From a virus (taxonomy: Duplodnaviria > Caudoviricetes), in the IMG/VR virus record IMGVR_UViG_3300042997_002639, positions 1 through 33,461 of that record: a stretch of 33,461 nt of DNA; one strand, 5' to 3'. Below, piece by piece: positions 24,127 to 33,308 of the stretch. Numbering within the stretch: position 1 is the stretch's first letter; each line of letters starts with the position of its first letter. Below the pieces are notes generated by a model. The model was not told the DNA's origin. It did not search any database and saw nothing but the letters and a program-made list of their open reading frames with translations. The translations under genes were made by a program, and so were the position numbers.

Positions 24127-24168
24127 ATCGTGATGGCACAAGGAGCCCGCAGCAAACCCTACGGGGGT
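24127..24168 (-). promoter_or_regulatory. Putative late promoter (copy 5; fibre operon)
   Basis: Minus strand: CCCCCGTAGGGTT-N22-CACGAT-N6-ATTCAAGGAG...ATG. Confidence 0.75.
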
Positions 24169-24170
24169 GC

Positions 24171-25205
24171 TCAGACCTGCGAGGAGTCGCCCCCGCTAAT
24201 CGATGCCCCGGCCCCGATGCCGTTGAACGACGCCGCAGCGGAATCGCCGAGCATCTTTAGGTTCGCCAGCATGCCCTGCGCGCGCATCTGCGCCGTCTCC
24301 GTGCGCGCGCGCAGGTTCACGGTGGCGGCCTGTTGCTGGATGTCCGCATCGGCGATCGCTAGTCGCACGCGCGGCTCGAGCGCCGCGGTCTGCGCCGAGT
24401 AGAGCGCGGTCAGCGTGCGCGCCGCCTCGTTCTTCAGCCCGGCCGTCGAGGTCGCCAGCTGCATCGAGATCTGCGGCCCGAGCATGACGGTCTTCACGTA
24501 GTCACCGACCGCGGCGATGGCCTGGATGTACTGGTCCATCACCGACTTCACGGCGAAGCGCACGTTCTCGAGCTCCGCGTCGAAGCTCTTCACCGCGATA
24601 TCGCGCGACTGCTCGGCGAGCTTGTTCCGGCTGTCCTGGCGCACCAGTCCGGTCTGGTGCAGCATGGCGCCGGGCGGCAGCGGCCAGCCGGCCCGTGCGT
24701 AGCGGTTCTCGATGTCCGCCACGGCCCGATCCGCTTCTTGCGCGACCCGCGCGCGGGCGCGCTCCCACAGCGCCGCTTCCACCGCCGGGTTGATGCCGGT
24801 CCCGCCCTGCGTCACCGCACGATTGCACCAAGCCAGCGCCGCCGAGATGTAGCCCATGTCCGGGAAGGTCTCGCCCAGCATGCGCTGGAAGGTGCTGTCG
24901 ATCAGTGCGGACAGCTCGGCGTTCTTGCTGTCGAAGTAGGCCATCGCGGCGTTCGGATCGTCGAAGCTGATCTGCGGCGCATCCGGCGGAAGGTAGGTCT
25001 TGTCCAGCGTCGGCGGCGTCAACTGCGGCGCGACGCCGATCGCTGCCATCACGTCGTCGCCGAACTCGAATGCGCGGTTGAACCACTGCAGCGCGTTCTG
25101 CCACTTCGCGTTGATGATCTGCGACGTGACGACCGCCGCGCCGGCGCCGCCGGACGCATCGGGCACCGACACGATGCCGCCTGGGGGAATGGGTGCTGTT
25201 GCCAT
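24171..25205 (-). CDS. Helical virion protein, possible ejection/internal protein
   Basis: GGTGINPAVEAALWERAR...AGWPLPPG followed by long Ala/Gln-rich helices. ATG 2 nt after the upstream stop. Confidence 0.6.
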   Translation of the reverse strand: MATAPIPPGGIVSVPDASGGAGAAVVTSQIINAKWQNALQWFNRAFEFGDDVMAAIGVAPQLTPPTLDKTYLPPDAPQISFDDPNAAMAYFDSKNAELSALIDSTFQRMLGETFPDMGYISAALAWCNRAVTQGGTGINPAVEAALWERARARVAQEADRAVADIENRYARAGWPLPPGAMLHQTGLVRQDSRNKLAEQSRDIAVKSFDAELENVRFAVKSVMDQYIQAIAAVGDYVKTVMLGPQISMQLATSTAGLKNEAARTLTALYSAQTAALEPRVRLAIADADIQQQAATVNLRARTETAQMRAQGMLANLKMLGDSAAASFNGIGAGASISGGDSSQV

Positions 25206-25207
25206 GG

Positions 25208-26992
25208 TCAAATCTTCCGAGTCAGGTCATGGACGAGGAACTCGAGCGTGTCGACCTTGAAGCGCTCGCCGTCCTCGTTGTTGAAGGTGGGCACGACGTA
25301 GGTGCTCTTGAGGCCCTTGCCGAGGTCGAAGCGGATCGCGCGCATCGTTTCCCCATGGCCGCGCGCCGAGTAGGTGAAGCTGGCCGGCACGTCGTTGAGC
25401 AGCGCATCGATCGTCAGCTGAAGCGCACCGGCCGCGGCGCCGAGGTAGCAGTGGCCGACGGTCTTCTTCTGGGCGTTGCCGAAGTTCAGCTGGCCCAGCC
25501 CGAACGTGGCATCGATGGCCTGGCCGGCGTCGTCTTCCCCCTCGAGCAAGTAGAGCCCGTCGTGCCGCGCACCGTAGTAGCGGCCGCCGATCCGCACGAA
25601 GCTATTGAAGTCGAACCCCTCGTACTGCGTGGTCCCGCCCGGCTTGCCGCCGGCCATGTTCAGCACCCACAGCTCATTGAGGCCCGACAGGATCGAGATC
25701 GACCCGCGGAGCACACCGACCATCGGCGCGGTGCGCAGCGTCACCTCCCCGCGCGCGGCCATGCTGCCGCCCAGGATGCCCGCGAGAGATACCGTCCTGA
25801 GCGTGACTTCCGCATAGGGTGCGACCTCGCCGCCCAGCACGCCCTCGAGTGGGCGCGTCGGCAAGACGGCCACGCCGCGCGGGCGCACGGCGCCGCCCAG
25901 CCGCAGCAGGCCATCGACATAGAGCGTGTCCTGCGGCCAGGAGCGCCCCAGGAACCAAGGCGCGGGCAGCTGCAGCTTCAGCTGGCCGGTGGGACGATCC
26001 GAGGCCGCGAAGCCCGGCGCCGGCAAATCGAGCTTCAGCTCTCCCCGCGTTCCGACCAGCCCGCGCAGGTTGAGAAACACCGGCGGCAGCGTCAGGCTCA
26101 GGAGGGCGAAGGATGGGGCGGCCAACCCGCTCGTGATGGAAGGCTTCGGCGCCGGCAGCTCGAGGCGCAGCACGCCGCCGGCGCGCTCTCGCGCGGCGAA
26201 AGCGGGCGCGGGCAGCGTGAGCGACAGCGTGCCAGTGACGGGCGTGTCGTCGTCGAGCGGGCTCACCTGGTGCAGCACCGGGTTGAAGATCTCGTCGTCG
26301 CCGGAGTACAGCGAGGCCTGCAGCCAGAGAATCTCGGTGCTGTCCTCCACGGCCGACGTGTAGACCAGCGTGTCGTCGATGAAGTAGGTGATCTGGCCGC
26401 CCGTGCGGTCGACCTTGAAGACGGTGTTGTCGGTGTAGGCGAAGGAGCCCGTCTTCGTGACGCCCAGCTCCACCACGCGCGCCATGCCGCGTGCCAGGTA
26501 GAAGGCGAACTTCGTGCTGGTGCCGTTGTAGTTGATGGGGTCCTCGTGCCCGTTCAGGCCCACGACCGCGCCCACGATCGACGCGCGCGCCTGGAAGGTG
26601 GCGTTGGCGTCTCCAGCGAGGAACATCCGCGATCGCGCGCCGGCGTTCCAGCCCAGCAGGTAGTCCCAGTGCGATGGCACGCCGGGGACATAGGGCTGCC
26701 CGGGGTCGGCCGGGTACTGGACCATCACCAACTCGTCACGGCAGGCGTACCCGAAGTAGTCGACGCCATTCGGGCTGGTCGTGCCGGGGTTCGGCACCCA
26801 GGTCGTGGTCGTCTTGCCGTTCAGCGGATCGGTGACGGTCACGTAGCGGCCCGCGTTCGGGTCTGGCCCGTAGTAGCGGTAGCCGCACACCGTGCGCAGC
26901 TCCCAGACGTTGGTCTGCGGGCGCGGCGGCCGATAGGGCCGCTCGACGGTGAACGGCACGAAGGTCTTGCTCTTGATGAGGCTGTTACTCAT
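25208..26992 (-). CDS. Tail-associated structural protein (594 aa)
   Basis: Beta-rich N-domain, central GxLxLxLP repeats and a C-terminal QYEGFDFNSF...YYGA...GLYLLEG.DDAG..IDA domain; coupled to its neighbours. Confidence 0.65.
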   Translation of the reverse strand: MSNSLIKSKTFVPFTVERPYRPPRPQTNVWELRTVCGYRYYGPDPNAGRYVTVTDPLNGKTTTTWVPNPGTTSPNGVDYFGYACRDELVMVQYPADPGQPYVPGVPSHWDYLLGWNAGARSRMFLAGDANATFQARASIVGAVVGLNGHEDPINYNGTSTKFAFYLARGMARVVELGVTKTGSFAYTDNTVFKVDRTGGQITYFIDDTLVYTSAVEDSTEILWLQASLYSGDDEIFNPVLHQVSPLDDDTPVTGTLSLTLPAPAFAARERAGGVLRLELPAPKPSITSGLAAPSFALLSLTLPPVFLNLRGLVGTRGELKLDLPAPGFAASDRPTGQLKLQLPAPWFLGRSWPQDTLYVDGLLRLGGAVRPRGVAVLPTRPLEGVLGGEVAPYAEVTLRTVSLAGILGGSMAARGEVTLRTAPMVGVLRGSISILSGLNELWVLNMAGGKPGGTTQYEGFDFNSFVRIGGRYYGARHDGLYLLEGEDDAGQAIDATFGLGQLNFGNAQKKTVGHCYLGAAAGALQLTIDALLNDVPASFTYSARGHGETMRAIRFDLGKGLKSTYVVPTFNNEDGERFKVDTLEFLVHDLTRKI

Positions 26993-28682
26993 GGGCGATC
27001 CTGCAATCGGTCAGCCAGGGCGTGGCGGGGAACGCCGACTGGATGCGGCCGTCACGTTCGACGACGGCCAGCGAGGTGAGGTGCGCGGGCACGCTGCCGC
27101 CGGGCTGCGGTCGCACGGCGTCCGAAATGGTTGCGTGCGGCTGCCAGGTTGCGCCCCGATCCCTCGAGCGGTACAGGCGCGCCGTGGCGCCCTCGTACAC
27201 CGTGACCAGCAGCATGCTCGGCGAGGCCGCCATGATCGGCCCGCAGCGCTCCTCGGGCGCCGGCATCACGCCGCGCGGCAAGAGCGTCGCGCCATCGGTG
27301 GTGCTGCGAATGCTGGCCGGCGTGGTGTACAGGCTGGTGCTGTCGCGCAGCACCACCAGCACCTCGCCCTCGAGCGCCAGCAGCTGCTTCACCAGCGTCC
27401 GCCCGACGAACGCCCCGCTGCCCTCGTCCAGCGTCTGCGTGGCCACCATGACGCCGTCCATTCCGACGGTGCCGAGCTTCACGCGCCAGCGCCACGTCTC
27501 GCCGCTCGTCGGGTAGGGCACGGCGACGGCCACCACCGACAGCGCGCGCGTCAGCGGCGCGCTCCACACCTCCACGGGCGCGGTGCCGGCCGAGATCAGG
27601 AACTCGCCCTCGGTGTCGTCCGGCAGCCCGCGGCTCGCGAGGAAGTAGCTGTAGTCGTCGAGCGTCGACTGCATGCCCGCCAGCTCGGCTGCCAGGATCG
27701 GTGCCGCGACCTGCGCCCATGTGGTGCCCGCATCCGTGCTGTGGGACACCAGCGCCAGCGTCTTGCGCGGCATGTCGCGCCACGGCACCGGCGGGTCGAT
27801 CGGGTTTTCGTGGTCCTCGTGCTGGTCCTTCTGCGGGTAGTAGAAGGTGTCGAGCTTGAGCAACCGGCCCGGCCCCAGCGTGCAGACGAAACTGCTCAGC
27901 GGCGCCGAGTCGAGGAGGCCGATGGTGTTGGCCGGGCCATACCCTGCTTCGTCGACCGTGTAGAAGCCGTGGAGGGCCTGTTGCAGGTCTGGGCGGTAGG
28001 CGATGGCGGTGAAGCCCGTGTACCAGGTCGCCGTGCCGCCGTTGTCCCAGTAGCCGGCCGGCAGCAGCTTCAGCGACGAGTGGCTGTCCTCCACCGGGTT
28101 CTGCATGTAGTCCTCGGAGTCATCCCCCGGATAGGTGCTGTGCGTGATCCGCTGGAACGATGGCCAGGCGATCGCCTGCTCGAGCGCCAGGAAGTTGTCA
28201 TCGGCCGGCGCGATGCCGCGCGGCGCCACGATCCACGCGACCTTCGTGTCCCACCAACGCAGCCCGAACTTGTCGAGGCGATAGGGCGAGATCACCCCGC
28301 CGGGAAGGTAGCCGAAGTCGCCGCCCGAGTCTTGGAGGATCGCGACGCCCCTGCGCGCACTGGCCTGAAACGGTGGAGCAAAGGTCGGCAGCCTCGAGTA
28401 CAGCGCCGGCCGGCCGATTTCGATCCAGCGCAGCGAGTCAGGCGAGCTGAACACGCGCTGCTCGTTGACCGCATTCAGGAAGCCCGCCATGTACATGCGC
28501 GTCGGGCCGCCCTCCTCGCGCGTGACGTTCACGAACATGCCGTCGCGCGAGACCGTGGCGCGCTGATCCACCGATGCCTTCTTCTGCCAGTCGCCGCCGG
28601 CTGCGCCGCGCAGGTAGGCCGCCGTGCCCGAGGCCAGCGCATCGAAGCCGTTGCGGTACCGCGTGGGAAAGCGCGGCGGCAT
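26985..28682 (-). CDS. BNR/Asp-box beta-propeller tail protein
   Basis: Asp-box-like motifs SSPDSLRW, HSTDAGTTW, STTDGATL and RSRDRGATW; TGATG-coupled. Confidence 0.65.
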   Translation of the reverse strand: MPPRFPTRYRNGFDALASGTAAYLRGAAGGDWQKKASVDQRATVSRDGMFVNVTREEGGPTRMYMAGFLNAVNEQRVFSSPDSLRWIEIGRPALYSRLPTFAPPFQASARRGVAILQDSGGDFGYLPGGVISPYRLDKFGLRWWDTKVAWIVAPRGIAPADDNFLALEQAIAWPSFQRITHSTYPGDDSEDYMQNPVEDSHSSLKLLPAGYWDNGGTATWYTGFTAIAYRPDLQQALHGFYTVDEAGYGPANTIGLLDSAPLSSFVCTLGPGRLLKLDTFYYPQKDQHEDHENPIDPPVPWRDMPRKTLALVSHSTDAGTTWAQVAAPILAAELAGMQSTLDDYSYFLASRGLPDDTEGEFLISAGTAPVEVWSAPLTRALSVVAVAVPYPTSGETWRWRVKLGTVGMDGVMVATQTLDEGSGAFVGRTLVKQLLALEGEVLVVLRDSTSLYTTPASIRSTTDGATLLPRGVMPAPEERCGPIMAASPSMLLVTVYEGATARLYRSRDRGATWQPHATISDAVRPQPGGSVPAHLTSLAVVERDGRIQSAFPATPWLTDCRIAHE

Positions 28683-29338
28683 CAGGGCACCTCGTAGGCG
28701 CCGGAGGCCGATACCCAGAACTGAGGCGTGTCGACGGGCGGCGTCTCCACGTTGACCGAGTAGCGGAAGTTGCGGATCTGCGCGACACCGTCACCATCGC
28801 TGATCGCGTCGATGTCTCGAAAGATCGACTGCGGCGAGATGTCGAGGTCGGCATCGACGATTCCGGATGCGACCTGGACGTCGTTGATGAGGACCCGGTA
28901 TGCACTGGACTGCGGCACAACCTCTACGCGGGCGCGCACGAAATCGAGGCTGGACACAGTGGTCGTGGCCAGGACGTGGAAGTCGAGCCCGACATCCCCC
29001 TGGGTCACCACGTAGAAGGTCTGGGCGTTGTTGCGCCACTCGATGAGGATGCGCAGCGTGTTGCCCACTCCAGGCCGGTAGAGCGACGAACGCACCTGCG
29101 CGCGTGCGGTCGAGCCGGTGGCCTTGAACTCGCACTGCAACGCGACGAACGTCGGCACCCCGCTCCATGCCACCTGTGCGCCGATGTACGCGATACCGGC
29201 ACCCGAGAGCCCGGTTGCGGTCTTCGTGTAGGCCGCGCCGCCGGCCCAGGTGCCCGGAACGTTCGAGTTCTCGACCGCGGCGCCGTTGAGCGGGCCGCTG
29301 CCGATCATCGAGTCGAAACCGTCGAAGAATTCGTCCAT
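28682..29338 (-). CDS. Hypothetical beta-sandwich virion protein
   Basis: 218-aa beta-rich ORF in the structural operon, coupled to the next gene. Confidence 0.6.
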   Translation of the reverse strand: MDEFFDGFDSMIGSGPLNGAAVENSNVPGTWAGGAAYTKTATGLSGAGIAYIGAQVAWSGVPTFVALQCEFKATGSTARAQVRSSLYRPGVGNTLRILIEWRNNAQTFYVVTQGDVGLDFHVLATTTVSSLDFVRARVEVVPQSSAYRVLINDVQVASGIVDADLDISPQSIFRDIDAISDGDGVAQIRNFRYSVNVETPPVDTPQFWVSASGAYEVP

Positions 29339-29369
29339 GGACTATCGCGTCCGTCGAGCCGTGGAGCGC

Positions 29370-29819
29370 TTAGACCGTTGCCGGAACGGTCAGGCTCGCG
29401 GCATCCAGGTTCTGCGGCGCGCCGTTCACGATGGCGAGCGAGGACAGGCCGAGCTGCGCCGTGACGTCGGACAGCAGGCCCACCTTGCCCTGGATTCGGA
29501 CCGCCGTGGTGCTGGCGCTGCCGTCGTCACCCGGCAGCTCCCACCGGAAGTACGCCGGCGTCCCGCTGGCCACCGCAATGCCGCTCCAGGCATCCCCGCT
29601 GACCTTGGACAACGAGCCGGATGCCGGCGCGCCCAGCGCCAGGCCGGCGCCGGTCCCGCCCGTGCTGTAGGTGCACAGCAGCGTGCCCAACTTGGCGTCG
29701 TCGGCAGAAGCCGGCTCGGGGGCCGTATAGGCCTTGAGGACCATGCCGGCCATGATGGTTTTGAAGTCTCCGGTGCCCAGCCAGGCATTGCGGAAACCGG
29801 TCGAGTACTTGGCAGCCAT
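29370..29819 (-). CDS. Virion structural protein, paralog of 23487..23891
   Basis: SD AAGGAG. STGFRNA...EPASADDAKLGTLL...ASGTPAYFR...IQGKV. Confidence 0.7.
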   Translation of the reverse strand: MAAKYSTGFRNAWLGTGDFKTIMAGMVLKAYTAPEPASADDAKLGTLLCTYSTGGTGAGLALGAPASGSLSKVSGDAWSGIAVASGTPAYFRWELPGDDGSASTTAVRIQGKVGLLSDVTAQLGLSSLAIVNGAPQNLDAASLTVPATV

Positions 29820-29832
29820 GTCGGTTGCTCCT

Positions 29833-30264
29833 TCAGGTCACAGGGTTGGAGAGGGTCAGGCTGGTCGGCACCTTGATGACGTCGCCGACGTCATAGGAGC
29901 GCGGGGACGACAGCCGCTGAAATGCGAGCAACGTGCCGGTGGCGGCGCCCTTGCCTGCCGCCGACAGCAGCCCGAAGGCTCGAACCGTCTTCGGAGCGGT
30001 CAGGGTGAACTGCGCCACGCTGGCCTCGTTGTCCGTGGCTCCTCCGACTGCGGCCGACTCGACAAACTCGGGCCGCGTGGTCTGCGAGTAGGCAGTGATC
30101 TCGGTGGCGCGCGCGCCGATGTTTGCCGCGGCGTCGTCCTCCTGGGGCGTGTAGTCGCCCTCGAAGAGCGCGATGTACCAGGTGGTGACCTGGGCACCAC
30201 CGTGCACGCCAACGTTCAGGAGATAGTTGCGGCCCTCGGCCGGGAAATGGAGGCTCATGGCCAT
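29833..30264 (-). CDS. Virion structural (tail) protein
   Basis: SD AAAGGA. EGRNYLL...WYIALF...EITAY...RP...FT...GTLLA pattern of small phage tail proteins. Confidence 0.7.
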   Translation of the reverse strand: MAMSLHFPAEGRNYLLNVGVHGGAQVTTWYIALFEGDYTPQEDDAAANIGARATEITAYSQTTRPEFVESAAVGGATDNEASVAQFTLTAPKTVRAFGLLSAAGKGAATGTLLAFQRLSSPRSYDVGDVIKVPTSLTLSNPVT

Positions 30265-30270
30265 GTCCTT

Positions 30271-31443
30271 TCAGGTTGGCTCAACGTCAAAGCGCGCCGC
30301 CAGGACGTGCTTCTCGCCGTCCTGCTCGCGCACGAGGGTGGCGCCGGAGCGCGCACCGGTGAAGGTGAGGACGGCGTCTTGCGGAACCGCCACGACGCCG
30401 CCCGGGCGCGCCACAACAACGCCCAGTGGGCTCTGCCAATACGCGGCGAGCCCGCCATTGCCGTCGCGGCCGTCGACCGTGCTCGAGCCGCGCAGCGCGC
30501 CAAACGGAAGGACCACGGTTGGCACCGTGTCCAACGGATCGCCGGGAATCCAGTAGGTGCGGTCCGCGCAGACGTAGAGCCCGTCGTCGAGGGGCTGCAC
30601 GACCGAGATCTCGGCGGGGAACGACAGGAAGCCGCGACTGGCGTTGAGCACGCCGGGCCGGTATGGCTCGCTGAGAAACAGGTACGGCCCGCGCGCGACC
30701 AGCAGCGAGCCCTTGTGCCACGCGATCGCGCGACCAGGCGGCATGGCCTGGAGCATGAAGGTCGAGCACGGCGCGCCGAAGTTGTCCAGCGTGAGGAAGT
30801 CGCTCGGCGGGGCCTCGTTGAAGACCTCGCCGTCGGGCCCGGTCGCATAGACGCGCGTGCTGCCGGTCATGCCGGCGAACGTGATGCCGCCGCCGGCGGG
30901 CAAGACAATCTGCTGCGGTTCGGTGCTGGGGGACTCGCCATCCGCCCCCACGGCCGTGAAGCACACCTGGTAGCGGCCGGCTGGCAGCGCGCCGGTTGTC
31001 GCGATCGCCACCGGAACGGGATTCGGAGCGGGCGTGACGATCTCGCGCGCCGTGGCGCCCAGCAGGCGGCCGATGCGCTCCCCGTTGGTCCAGTAGACCA
31101 TTCCGTCGGGCGCGCGCTCGTAGCTGACGCGGGCATCACCGACGCCGGGCACTACGACCGTCTGCGCGAGACGCGGGCCGAGGTGCACCAGGTCGCCGTC
31201 CTTGACTGCGTAGGCATCCCGAGCGTCGGACCAGGCCGAGCGGAACTGGCCGGGCGCGGCCTGCTTGAACCCATCGCGCGATCGCAGGAAGCCGTCGGCC
31301 GTGAGCTCGACGTTGCGCGCCACCTTCAGGAACGCCCCGGCTTCGACCAGCATGCGGGTCTGCTCGAGCCGGTTGTTCAGACCCAGGAAGGGGCCGACGC
31401 GCCGCGGGCGCGCCTTCGGCTGCATGGCGCGCGGCGTGGTCAC
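30271..31443 (-). CDS. Tail tubular/nozzle-like protein (~390 aa)
   Basis: GTG at 31443 overlaps the upstream TGA. GPFLGLNN...ARNVEL..DG.LRSR.G N-terminus and a beta-propeller-like body; follows the adaptor gene. Confidence 0.65.
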   Translation of the reverse strand: MTTPRAMQPKARPRRVGPFLGLNNRLEQTRMLVEAGAFLKVARNVELTADGFLRSRDGFKQAAPGQFRSAWSDARDAYAVKDGDLVHLGPRLAQTVVVPGVGDARVSYERAPDGMVYWTNGERIGRLLGATAREIVTPAPNPVPVAIATTGALPAGRYQVCFTAVGADGESPSTEPQQIVLPAGGGITFAGMTGSTRVYATGPDGEVFNEAPPSDFLTLDNFGAPCSTFMLQAMPPGRAIAWHKGSLLVARGPYLFLSEPYRPGVLNASRGFLSFPAEISVVQPLDDGLYVCADRTYWIPGDPLDTVPTVVLPFGALRGSSTVDGRDGNGGLAAYWQSPLGVVVARPGGVVAVPQDAVLTFTGARSGATLVREQDGEKHVLAARFDVEPT

Positions 31444-32105
31444 CGGTACACCACCGTCTGGTGGTCCTCGTCGTGCCGCGTCGAGCGGCGCAGGTCGCTG
31501 TCCGTGGGCAAGCCGAAGTAGCTGGCGAACGCCACCTCGGCGCGGCCTGCGCGCACCGGGTCGAAGGTATCGGCATCGGGCACGCTGAACGCGCGGAACA
31601 GCGCCCAGTTCACCAGATGCCGATGGTGCACCCGGTTGATCTCGGGCTCGTCCGAGTCGTCTTCCATCGCGATGAGCGGCAGGCGGTAGCCCTCGAGCCG
31701 CAGCACGCCAGCTACGGCGGGCTTGCGCGCCAGGCGCAGTGTCTTGTCGTCCTGCACGGCGTGCTCGACCCGGCCGGGCCGGGTGCGCCAATCTCGCATC
31801 GACCGGTCCAGCTCACCTGCGGACTTCAGCGTCACCTGCTGGTGGTCGCTGCCGTCTGCCGGCTCGAAAACGATCCAGTCGAGTTCGTAGAGGCCCGAAT
31901 GGAGGTTGTAGACCGCCACGCCGGCCTGCACGGCGATCGTGCAGAAGTCCGGATCCGCGCTTTCGTGCAGCAGACGGCCGCGTACGGCGGCCTCCTGCTC
32001 GGCCTCGTTCAGCCACACGATCACGTCCTCGTCTGCGAAGAGAGGCGGGTCGGCGCGATCAGCTGCATCGACACGGAAAGCCGCGATCAGGTCGCCGAGG
32101 TTCAT
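31440..32105 (-). CDS. Head-tail adaptor-like protein
   Basis: MNLGDLIAAFR...D...LF.D.....WLNEAEQEA..R...EPEI...HHRHLVNWALFRAF..PDADT; ATGA-coupled. Confidence 0.75.
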   Translation of the reverse strand: MNLGDLIAAFRVDAADRADPPLFADEDVIVWLNEAEQEAAVRGRLLHESADPDFCTIAVQAGVAVYNLHSGLYELDWIVFEPADGSDHQQVTLKSAGELDRSMRDWRTRPGRVEHAVQDDKTLRLARKPAVAGVLRLEGYRLPLIAMEDDSDEPEINRVHHRHLVNWALFRAFSVPDADTFDPVRAGRAEVAFASYFGLPTDSDLRRSTRHDEDHQTVVYR

Positions 32106-32713
32106 GGCACCCCGTACTGGTCGATCATCTCGACGAGACGCGCGCGCATGTTCTCGGGCGTGAGGGTCTTCGGCACCTTCTGCTGGAACTTGTCGAATCC
32201 CCAGTCCTGCAGCTGGTCCTTGTCCATCGAGTCGAGGGTCTGCACAAGGTCGAGGCGCGTCTGGTCGGCCAGCTTGCGTGCCTCCTCGGCCTTCTTGGCT
32301 TCGGCGAGCACGGCGTCGGTGTCATCCTCGGGCTCGTGCGTGCCATCGTCCGCGGGCTGGGTGTCGCCAGCGGGCGCGCCATCAGCCTGGCCGCCCGCAC
32401 CGTCCGGTGCAGCGCCTTCGGCGGTGCCGTCGTCCGAGCCCTCGCCAGCGTCGCCAGCACCCGCGGCGCTCTCGCCGCCTTGCGCGTCGGGCGCGGCAGG
32501 TGTCGGCACCACGACAGGCGCCGGCGTGGCCGGTGCGATGACCACGCGCTCGAAGCAGTCGCTGTGGCGGAGAAACTTCGCGACCAGGTCGAGGTCGTTG
32601 ATGGGGCGCACCTGCTCCGGCTTGAAGGAAAGGTTGGAGCCGTAGAGGCGGTCATAGAACGGGTCTTCGCGCCCGATGTACTTCACGGACACGCCGGCGG
32701 TTTTGGAGGCCAT
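32102..32713 (-). CDS. Hypothetical head-region protein with an acidic disordered linker (203 aa)
   Basis: SD AAGGA before ATG 32713. Globular N- and C-termini are separated by a D/E/A/G/P-rich linker. Confidence 0.7.
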   Translation of the reverse strand: MASKTAGVSVKYIGREDPFYDRLYGSNLSFKPEQVRPINDLDLVAKFLRHSDCFERVVIAPATPAPVVVPTPAAPDAQGGESAAGAGDAGEGSDDGTAEGAAPDGAGGQADGAPAGDTQPADDGTHEPEDDTDAVLAEAKKAEEARKLADQTRLDLVQTLDSMDKDQLQDWGFDKFQQKVPKTLTPENMRARLVEMIDQYGVP

Positions 32714-32734
32714 GGGGAATCCTTCAGTGGGATG

Positions 32735-32762
32735 AAAAAGGGGAAGGCGCCAAGCCCTCCCC
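32735..32762 (-). terminator. Rho-independent terminator after the capsid/decoration genes
   Basis: Minus strand: GGGGAGGGC-TTGGC-GCCTTCCCC-TTTTT. Confidence 0.7.
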
Positions 32763-32771
32763 CCGCTCGCG

Positions 32772-33251
32772 TCACTTCGCGCCGAGACGCTCGCCGTGAA
32801 CGATGAAGTCGATGCGGCTGGCCTTGGCGTTGGCCGCACCCGCGAGCGTCAGCACCAGGAAGGCCTCCTTGGCGAGAGTCACGGGCGCCTTCGCCGAGGC
32901 CGTGCGCAGACGCGCCGCTGCGCTGAGCACGATGCCCGCGCCGAAGTACGCGAGGTCCTGCGGCACCTCCGCGCTGTCGACGCCGTCGACGTACTCGAAG
33001 CCGATCGAGCCCGTCACCGCCGCGGTCATGGCGGTGGACACGATCACCTGCAGGTCCTCGAGGCGAAAGCCCGCGGGCAGCACCTGCAGGTAGACCTTGT
33101 CGCTGATCGCGAGCGCGAGTTCGGAGTTGGCGCGCAGCGGCGCGCCATTGGCGCCAGTGTCGAGGCGCGAGCGCAGCGTGGTCACGTTGCCGTAGGCGGC
33201 CATGCCGCCGAACTGGTTGATGCCCAGGCCCTTGAGTTTGATGTTGGCCAT
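32772..33251 (-). CDS. Capsid decoration/cement-like protein
   Basis: 159 aa with SD AAGGAG, directly after the major capsid gene. Jelly-roll-like pattern LPAG..L.D....V...M...T.SIGF. Confidence 0.7.
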   Translation of the reverse strand: MANIKLKGLGINQFGGMAAYGNVTTLRSRLDTGANGAPLRANSELALAISDKVYLQVLPAGFRLEDLQVIVSTAMTAAVTGSIGFEYVDGVDSAEVPQDLAYFGAGIVLSAAARLRTASAKAPVTLAKEAFLVLTLAGAANAKASRIDFIVHGERLGAK

Positions 33252-33282
33252 GTGTGGCTCCTTGGAAAGGTGAAGGGAGAGA

Positions 33283-33300
33283 GGCCGGGTTGCCCCGGCC
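33283..33300 (-). other. GNRA-capped hairpin after the major capsid stop (weak terminator or mRNA stabiliser)
   Basis: Minus strand: GGCCGGG-GCAA-CCCGGCC followed by the pyrimidine tract TCTCTCCCTTC. Confidence 0.5.
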
Positions 33301-33308
33301 CTGGGTCA

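Noticed and set aside
3345-28682. Diversity-generating retroelement or invertible fibre cassette
   Set aside because: No reverse transcriptase or invertase gene is present, and I saw no near-identical TR/VR pair or inverted crossover sites by eye. A self dot-plot would be needed to exclude these fully.
5082-32839. Longer N-termini in the ORF track (5822, 18037, 18195, 20903, 24047, 24141, 31791, 32839)
   Set aside because: The extensions overlap neighbouring genes or promoters. Downstream starts have SD sequences, stop-start coupling or promoter support.
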